45,659 bases of DNA from positions 1 to 45,659 of the IMG/VR virus record IMGVR_UViG_3300009285_000019, one strand, 5' to 3'. The position numbers and the translations under genes are program-made. The notes below the pieces were generated by a model. The model did not search any database. It was not told the origin of the DNA and saw only the letters and a program-made list of their open reading frames with translations. Positions 31,213 to 37,311 of the stretch are shown in pieces (positions within the stretch are counted from its first letter, which is position 1; each line of letters opens with the position of its first letter). This DNA is from a virus.

Positions 31213-31271
31213 CTCCCGCCTATCCACCCCATCCACTTCATATCATTCCCTTTTATCCTCCCCATCTCCTA

Positions 31272-31451
31272 CTACCCTGAGTTGCCTGATGACTTGGTGC
31301 GACAAGTCTGGCACCTGTATGGCTCCCCGCCAGCTTCGCTGCTATGTCTCGCCAACCGCTTACATTTGTGACAGTACCAGCGAAACGGCCCTAATGACCA
31401 CACTGCGCCCGCTACCTTGGTGGACCCGCTTGCGCCCATTTTCGTCGTCAT
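31272..31451 (-). CDS. Small zinc-ribbon protein (59 aa).
   Basis: It has an ATGA stop/start overlap with the upstream gene. It contains CHKC...CQTC. Confidence 0.5.
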   Translation of the reverse strand: MTTKMGASGSTKVAGAVWSLGPFRWYCHKCKRLARHSSEAGGEPYRCQTCRTKSSGNSG

Positions 31452-31951
31452 TGCGGCACCCATTCAGGATCAAGCTCGTGCACCATGTCCCACATCTGAG
31501 CGCAAGTGGTACAGCACGGGTTGTCCCTGTTGAACCCCACCAGCCCCTTCTTAATAACGTCCACCAGCTTGCCCACAATACCCCCAACCAGTGGCCCAAC
31601 GGTAATATGGCGGGGGTCGTGGATGTAAACGTCCTCGTCCTCTAATATGTCGGCGAAGCAATCACCGCACAGCCCCGCAGTACCGCTGTTTAGTAACTGC
31701 ACCGCCTCCTTTCTATCTTTAGCTAAGACGTACATCACGCTGGTAGCCCAGTTGCATCCACCACATTTGCCACGAGCAAGGTTTGACTCTTCCCCATCAA
31801 GGTCTAGCCCCTCGTCATCATCGCCTTCTGTAAACTTGTAAACGTGCGTTGCCGCCCCTCTTATTCCTCTCCTTTCCTCCCTCTCGGCTTCAACCGCCGA
31901 TTGGTCCTTAGGGTCCAGTGGTGATTGGTGCGTTGATCGGTTGGCTTCCAT
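31448..31951 (-). CDS. Cysteine-rich hypothetical early protein (167 aa).
   Basis: AAGGAGAACCAA precedes the ATG at 31951. It contains CGGC, CGDC and CCTTC. Confidence 0.6.
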   Translation of the reverse strand: MEANRSTHQSPLDPKDQSAVEAEREERRGIRGAATHVYKFTEGDDDEGLDLDGEESNLARGKCGGCNWATSVMYVLAKDRKEAVQLLNSGTAGLCGDCFADILEDEDVYIHDPRHITVGPLVGGIVGKLVDVIKKGLVGFNRDNPCCTTCAQMWDMVHELDPEWVPQ

Positions 31952-32017
31952 TTGGTTCTCCTTAATGGTTGGTTTGTGGTTGATGGGCAAGTCGCCCATC
32001 ACTTTCCCCGCCGCCGC

Positions 32018-32266
32018 CTATACTTCCTCCTCCGTCTCATTCGCCGCCTCCGCCTCCGCTGGCACTTCTTCCAACTTCGCCTCCGCCCATGCTGCTTGCA
32101 TCCTCACCCCCACCCATGCTGCTGCCTCCGCCAATTCCGCCGTCTTCGCCTTCGCCTCCGCCACCAGTGTGTAGTATTTGCTGCCCTTTGGTGTCCATTC
32201 CAGACTCCTTCTGGGGCCGTGGCCCCCCGACTTGTCATTAACTTCATCAGCCGCCGCCCCACCCAT
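32018..32266 (-). CDS. Hypothetical Ala/Glu-rich small protein. The start is uncertain.
   Basis: Track ORF 32018..32308 begins inside promoter copy h. The first ATG downstream of the predicted transcription start is at 32266. A 53-aa Gly-rich alternative frame with a better RBS also exists. Confidence 0.3.
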   Translation of the reverse strand: MGGAAADEVNDKSGGHGPRRSLEWTPKGSKYYTLVAEAKAKTAELAEAAAWVGVRMQAAWAEAKLEEVPAEAEAANETEEEV

Positions 32267-32279
32267 GCCCCACACCCCC

Positions 32280-32308
32280 ATTATACCACACCTTTGACTA
32301 GTTGTCAA
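32280..32308 (-). promoter_or_regulatory. Early promoter copy h: TTGACA-N17-TGgTATAAT.
   Basis: The reverse complement reads ttgacaactagtcaaaggtgtggtataat. Confidence 0.7.
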
Positions 32309-32405
32309 CTATGCGCTCACCCAGATGAGCAAGTGCCAGCGCCCTATTTGATGGCGTGGGGGGGTGTGGAGTCTCCCCCCGCCTTAAACCAACCGCTCTG
32401 TCTGC

Positions 32406-32909
32406 CTATTCGTCGGTGTCGTCCTCCTCATCCCCCTCATCCTCCTCATCCTCCTCGGAGGCCACCACCTTCACCTTCTTGGTCTTGACAACGGCCCGAC
32501 GTGCTGCACAGTTGCACCGACTGTGATCGCACTCACTCTTCCCCAACCAGATCGGGGAACCACAACATCCGCAGGTCTTCAAGGTCGGCAGAAGCTGCTG
32601 GACTGACTTCGGCAGGGAGTCCAGCTTAACTTCTCCCCTCCCCAAGCGCAGCAATTGACCTTTCAGCCGAGCATCATGACCCTGAACGAATAACCTCCCA
32701 CGGTTGGCTGCAGCACCACACCCGCAAAGGCAGTAACCCCCCGTTGCAACCCGAACCTCCTGCCTCCGTGTCAACCGCAAATCAGCCTTGACCTCCTTAG
32801 TAGCCTTGACCTCCTCAGTAACCTTAGCCACCTTAGTAGCCACCTTGCCACCCACCGCCTCACGTGTCACTATCTTGGTCGCCTTTGCCCTTGTTGCCTT
32901 GGTGGTCAT
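32406..32909 (-). CDS. Early protein (167 aa) with a Lys/Ala/Thr-rich N-terminus, the CxCGCG/GHD zinc-ribbon module (paralogue 3) and an acidic tail.
   Basis: AAGGAGAACCAA precedes the ATG at 32909. The module reads CLCGCGAAANRGRLFVQGHDARLKGQLLRLGRG...CGCCGSPIWLG. The C-terminus is EEDEEDEGDEEDDTDE. Confidence 0.65.
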   Translation of the reverse strand: MTTKATRAKATKIVTREAVGGKVATKVAKVTEEVKATKEVKADLRLTRRQEVRVATGGYCLCGCGAAANRGRLFVQGHDARLKGQLLRLGRGEVKLDSLPKSVQQLLPTLKTCGCCGSPIWLGKSECDHSRCNCAARRAVVKTKKVKVVASEEDEEDEGDEEDDTDE

Positions 32910-32961
32910 TTGGTTCTCCTTGTGGGGGCGCTCGGCGTTGCGGCCTTCCCCCACCAATTCC

Positions 32962-32990
32962 ATTATACCACACCTTTTACTCCCAGACAA
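32962..32990 (-). promoter_or_regulatory. Early promoter copy i: TTGTCT-N17-TGgTATAAT.
   Basis: The reverse complement reads ttgtctgggagtaaaaggtgtggtataat. It is the leftward promoter of the early/late divergent region. Confidence 0.6.
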
Positions 32991-33065
32991 TTGGGTCGGG
33001 TCTATGGTAGGAAGTTTGGCTATTGAAGGTTTCTATGGCCGAACGCAGACGGGGACCCGTTTAAG

Positions 33066-33232
33066 TTGAATCAGTTAATTAATCTTAATTAAGTTAATGT
33101 GGCTTATCTAATTAATCTTAATTAAGTTAATGTGGGTTATCTAATTAATCTTAATTAATTAATCTTAATTAAGTTAATGTGGCTTAGTTAATTAAGGTTA
33201 GTTAAGTTAATGTGGCTTAGTTAATTAAGGTA
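33066..33232. repeat. AT-rich iteron cluster. AAGTTAATGTGG(C/G)TTA occurs 4 times, embedded in 33-34 bp repeats rich in TTAATTAA palindromes.
   Basis: GTTAATGTGG occurs at 33093, 33126, 33173 and 33206, with spacings of 33, 47 and 33 bp. It lies between the divergent early and late promoters. Confidence 0.85.
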
Positions 33233-33333
33233 CTTATATACGGCTTGCTGCGAGGGGGTGGGTGGGCATTTCTATGTTTCTTTCTCTCACAAAATTATTT
33301 TAAATAATGATTATTGCCTCATAGCCAAATCTC

Positions 33334-33363
33334 TTGCCAGCCGCCATAAAGTAGTGGTATAAT
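33334..33363 (+). promoter_or_regulatory. Rightward promoter: TTGCCA-N18-TGgTATAAT.
   Basis: Hexamers at 33334..33339 and 33358..33363, 60 nt upstream of the ATG at 33423. Confidence 0.55.
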
Positions 33364-33422
33364 GAGTGTAGAGAACAGCCGCCGAGTCATTAGGACTACG
33401 TTGAGTTATAAGGTCACTATAT

Positions 33423-33836
33423 ATGACCAACCAAGAACGTCAGCTAACGTATCAACCAACAGGTTGGGGTGGTGGAGAGCCTGTGTATCAGTTTAACCCA
33501 TCGGGTATAGTAACATATGGGCCTTACAACCCGTATGGAAACCCTTACGGTCAACAGCCACCACAACAGTTATGGGAAGCGCAGGTTCAACGGAAAGATG
33601 GCGACGGGGAATGGGCGATGGATTTGGTGAAGGTGGCGGCGAATACGGCGACAGATGTGTTGGAAATTTTAGTGAAGGGGTTGGGGCCTATCGGCACAGC
33701 ATTTATTTTGTGGAAGGTTAGGCCACTAAGAAAACTGATAAAGTTGGCAGAAATCACGAAGCAGCCGATGGGTGGAATGGATGGGACGCCGTTAGAAGTG
33801 CCAGCATGGGGTTTGTTTCCAAATGACTGCTGCTAG
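33423..33836 (+). CDS. Hypothetical protein preceding TerL. Its position suggests a small terminase, but no motif supports that.
   Basis: ORF track. It overlaps the TerL start by 14 nt. It has a P/Y/G/Q-rich N-terminus and a hydrophobic segment GPIGTAFILW. Confidence 0.4.
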   Translation: MTNQERQLTYQPTGWGGGEPVYQFNPSGIVTYGPYNPYGNPYGQQPPQQLWEAQVQRKDGDGEWAMDLVKVAANTATDVLEILVKGLGPIGTAFILWKVRPLRKLIKLAEITKQPMGGMDGTPLEVPAWGLFPNDCC

Positions 33837-35418
33837 TGGTGTAAGGTCTATTATTTACTCCCTAGATACCTCATCTATACCTGCTCAACGAGCGTTTATG
33901 GAGTCCACCGCCGCCGAGCTTATGTATGATGGGGCGTTTGGGGCGGGCAAATCACTGATACTATGTGAGAAGGGGTTGTTCCTCAGCCTGAAATACCCAG
34001 GTAATGCTGGGTTCATATTTCGCAAGGTGTTTCAGTCGTTGGTCTATACCACCATGCGAACATTCTTTGAGAAGGTGTGCCCATCGGGGTACATTCAGTC
34101 ATATAACAAAAACGACCACGTGGTCACCCTCACCAATGGCTCTACCATCACATTCCTTGGGTTGGATAGGGTGGGTGGCACCGGAATGTCGCTTGATTTA
34201 CCCACAAAGATAGGCTCTATTGAGGCGGGTTGGATAGGAGTAGATGAGGGGCGGGAGCTTACAGAGGATGATTGGGTGATGCTGCTGGGACGGTTGCGGC
34301 TTGACCGTGTGCCGTTCCACCAAATCTTTACTGCTACCAACCCGGACTCGCCATCACACTGGCTCTACCAACGGTTTTATATAGAGCCGTATGGTAGGCC
34401 CGACACCATCAAGATCCCACTACCAGGATCAGTGACTGGCAAGTCAACGTCTATGCTCTCGCCGTCGCTGTCCCGTCAGGCAGTAAAATCGTCCACCATG
34501 GATAACGTGTTCCTGCCTGAGTCTTATCGCCAGAGTATGGCCAGGTTTCGTGGCCGCTATAAGCAGCGGTATGTGGACGGGGAATGGGTGGGGTTTGAGG
34601 GGCTGGTATACGACAATTTTAGCCCCGACGTGCACATCGTGGATAGGTTCCCCATCAACCCAAAGTGGCGGGTGTACCGGTCCATAGACTTCGGTTACAC
34701 CAACCCATTTGTGTGCCAGTGGTGGGCTGCGGTGCCGCCTAACCTCTCTAACGATGATATCCCAACTATGAATGGCGCACCACATCCAGGGTATAAGGGT
34801 CCTGGCATGTACATGTTCAGAGAGGTTTACTATTCGGGCAGGACCGTAGAACAACACGCTCCAACTATCCGCCGGTTGTCCGAGCCATACGTTATTCATA
34901 CTACATTCGCTGATCATGACGCCGAGGATGCCCAAACCCTGGCCCGCCACAGCATTCACACAGTCCCAGCGTATAAATCCGTATCCCCAGGCATCCAGGA
35001 GGTTTACGAGGGGCTGGGGGGCCACCCAGGGGAATCTGGTGAGTTACTAATTTCACCACAAATCTACTTTTTCAGGGATGCCGTGTACGAGATAGACCCG
35101 AAGTTGGCTGATAAGAGGCTGCCCACGTGCACCGTAGACGAGTTCTACAGCTACGAATGGGCCGGGCAGAATGCACCATCATCTAGTATCCACGGTTCTA
35201 AGGAAGTGCCAGTAGATAGGAACGACCACGGGATGGACGCTATGAGGTATATGATTTACTCTATGTCAGTAATAAATATTGCTTACAACGCCATGACCAT
35301 AGCCACCAAGGGCGGTGGGGGCATCAGAGGCGGCGCTCCGGCACCCAGATGGGGTAAGCAGGGTGTACAAGTGGCGTCGGTTGGCAGACCATTAGGCGGG
35401 ATAAGATGGCCCAGATGA
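33823..35418 (+). CDS. terL: Terminase large subunit.
   Basis: Walker A GAFGAGKS and a Walker B-like motif WIGVDEGRE are present. Nuclease-domain motifs are SIDFGYTNPF and DRNDHGMDAMRY. Confidence 0.85.
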   Translation: MTAASGVRSIIYSLDTSSIPAQRAFMESTAAELMYDGAFGAGKSLILCEKGLFLSLKYPGNAGFIFRKVFQSLVYTTMRTFFEKVCPSGYIQSYNKNDHVVTLTNGSTITFLGLDRVGGTGMSLDLPTKIGSIEAGWIGVDEGRELTEDDWVMLLGRLRLDRVPFHQIFTATNPDSPSHWLYQRFYIEPYGRPDTIKIPLPGSVTGKSTSMLSPSLSRQAVKSSTMDNVFLPESYRQSMARFRGRYKQRYVDGEWVGFEGLVYDNFSPDVHIVDRFPINPKWRVYRSIDFGYTNPFVCQWWAAVPPNLSNDDIPTMNGAPHPGYKGPGMYMFREVYYSGRTVEQHAPTIRRLSEPYVIHTTFADHDAEDAQTLARHSIHTVPAYKSVSPGIQEVYEGLGGHPGESGELLISPQIYFFRDAVYEIDPKLADKRLPTCTVDEFYSYEWAGQNAPSSSIHGSKEVPVDRNDHGMDAMRYMIYSMSVINIAYNAMTIATKGGGGIRGGAPAPRWGKQGVQVASVGRPLGGIRWPR

Positions 35419-35434
35419 TATAATCAGGTGATGT

Positions 35435-37222
35435 ATGACGACCCGTAGTGAGCAACAGGCAGCGGTGAATGGTAAGGGCGCAGGCGACCTTGGCCACGCC
35501 CCCACCACAACCGTCATGTCTACCGGTTTATCTATATGGCGTGGTACTATAAGCGCCGAATACTTAGTAGAGCTTACCCCCTGGTCCAAGGCGCATAAAG
35601 TATACACCCAGATGGCGGATGACGCAGTGATTGGAGCCATGCTGAACGCCATAAAATCGCCGTTGCTAGCTGCTGGGTTTGACGTGGAGTTGGGTGGCAC
35701 CACTGACGCTGACAAGCGGGCCGCCGAGTTTCTTGGTAGTGATATATACTCAATGAACGGCCAGACGTGGCGTGAGCACATCCAGGATGTTCTATTATTT
35801 CTTGAATATGGGTGGGCGTTATCAGAGAAGGTGCTGGAAAAGCGTGAAGACGGCCTCCTTCATATTGCTGCCCTCATTCCCATTGGCCAGGATACACTCT
35901 ACCAATGGGGAGAGTTGGATAAATTAGGTAAGGTAACATCGTTTAAGCAGCAAACTACCCAAGATGGGAAGCTATATCAGGCTGAGCTACCCATGGCCAA
36001 GCTGCTCCATTTTTCTCTACAACCTAGAAAGCGGGACCCACAGGGCCGATCATTACTTAGGTTGTTGTACCGTCCGTGGTACTTCAAGTCTAACCTAGAG
36101 GTTATTGAGGCTATTGGTGCAGAGCGAGACGTGGGGAATGTCCCTGTGTTCAAGATTGGGGAGCAGGGCATCTCGCCCGCCCAACTCGCCGATCTCAAGG
36201 TTGCCGCCGAAAACTTCCGTATGGATGAGGCGGCGTATCTTATCCTACCATTTGGTGTAGACGTGACTGGCTACGGCGGTGGTAGTAAGGTGTACGATAT
36301 TCGCCGGATGATAGAGTCATGGGCGCATGTTATCCGCCAGACGTTCTTCGCCGATTTCATAGCGCTTGGTGGTGAGTCGGTGGGAACCCAAGCCCTGTCC
36401 CGTGAGTCGCAGACGTTCTTCTTCAAGGCTTTAGTGGCGATACAGAAGGGGTTGCTGGAGGTGTGGAACACCCAACTGGTGCCATACCTGTTCCAATGGA
36501 ATGAGGGCAAGTTCAGCGGCATTACCAAAAACCCGCTTACTGGTGCGCCGAGCTACCCTAAGTTGGCGTGGAATAACCCAGGACGGATGGACCTCATAAA
36601 CCTTGCTACTTATATCAGCAATTTGGTTAACGCCCGTGTAATGACGCCCAACCGTGAACTTGAGCAGCACATGAGGACTGTGGCCGATCTACCGCCCCTG
36701 GCACCAAATGAGGAGGCTATTAGCGAACAGAAGCCAGAGCCAGTAGATGGTGGTGGAGATGGTGGCAATAGGGGTGGAGTAAGTGGTGACCAGCAGGTAG
36801 AGGGCGGCGCTAAGGGTCAAGACGCCAGAAATAAGCGGGACGGTGAGGGCGAACACAGCGAGCATAACTTTGCCGTTCGTGGCCCGTATTACCATGTAAC
36901 TCTGGCATCCAACGTACCATCTATTATGCGTAACGGTCTGATACCAAGTAGTGGTGTTGGAGATGTCGTGGGCATTGGGCCGACCCCGTGGGGTAAGATG
37001 GGCGTATTTTTAACCAATAACTTGACGGCAGCACGGCATCTGGCAACAGATGCCTATTGGGGCGACAGTATAACAGAAGTTGCGATCCTTGAGGTGACAG
37101 CGCCTGGCGAAAACAGGAGGTTGCGCACCGACAAGATGATGGATAGCTCAGTATACACTATAGGAGTAATACCTCCTCAAAACATACGGGTAATTGAGAC
37201 ATTCATCGTCCGACCAGATTAG
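35435..37222 (+). CDS. Portal protein (DUF935 / Mu gp29-like pattern) with a Gly-rich linker and an extra C-terminal domain of about 119 aa.
   Basis: It sits immediately after TerL. The segment VYTQMADDAVIGAMLNAIKSPLLAAGFDVE...AEFLG...LLFLEYGWALSEKV follows the DUF935 N-terminal pattern by eye. Confidence 0.7.
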   Translation: MTTRSEQQAAVNGKGAGDLGHAPTTTVMSTGLSIWRGTISAEYLVELTPWSKAHKVYTQMADDAVIGAMLNAIKSPLLAAGFDVELGGTTDADKRAAEFLGSDIYSMNGQTWREHIQDVLLFLEYGWALSEKVLEKREDGLLHIAALIPIGQDTLYQWGELDKLGKVTSFKQQTTQDGKLYQAELPMAKLLHFSLQPRKRDPQGRSLLRLLYRPWYFKSNLEVIEAIGAERDVGNVPVFKIGEQGISPAQLADLKVAAENFRMDEAAYLILPFGVDVTGYGGGSKVYDIRRMIESWAHVIRQTFFADFIALGGESVGTQALSRESQTFFFKALVAIQKGLLEVWNTQLVPYLFQWNEGKFSGITKNPLTGAPSYPKLAWNNPGRMDLINLATYISNLVNARVMTPNRELEQHMRTVADLPPLAPNEEAISEQKPEPVDGGGDGGNRGGVSGDQQVEGGAKGQDARNKRDGEGEHSEHNFAVRGPYYHVTLASNVPSIMRNGLIPSSGVGDVVGIGPTPWGKMGVFLTNNLTAARHLATDAYWGDSITEVAILEVTAPGENRRLRTDKMMDSSVYTIGVIPPQNIRVIETFIVRPD

Positions 37223-37250
37223 GTACTACTTTGGCCTTTTGATAAATGGG

Positions 37251-37280
37251 TTGACTGCTATCCACCCGCCGTGTTATGAT
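37251..37280 (+). promoter_or_regulatory. Sigma70-like promoter: TTGACT-N18-TGtTATGAT.
   Basis: Hexamers at 37251..37256 and 37275..37280, upstream of the ATG at 37312. Confidence 0.45.
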
Positions 37281-37311
37281 AGTAGATGAATAAAAAAAGG
37301 TTTGGCGCATC

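Noticed and set aside
31038-31645. Track ORFs 31038..31265 (-), 31065..31280 (+), 31169..31645 (+), 31174..31371 (+) and 31360..31599 (-).
   Set aside because: They cover the repeat and hairpin island or run antisense to the zinc-ribbon genes. The peptides are repeat translations (GWNGMG..., HPIPP...).
33423-33836. Calling the ORF upstream of TerL the small terminase subunit.
   Set aside because: Only its position supports this. The sequence has a P/Y/G/Q-rich N-terminus and a hydrophobic segment, with no HTH or oligomerisation pattern that I recognise. It is reported as hypothetical.
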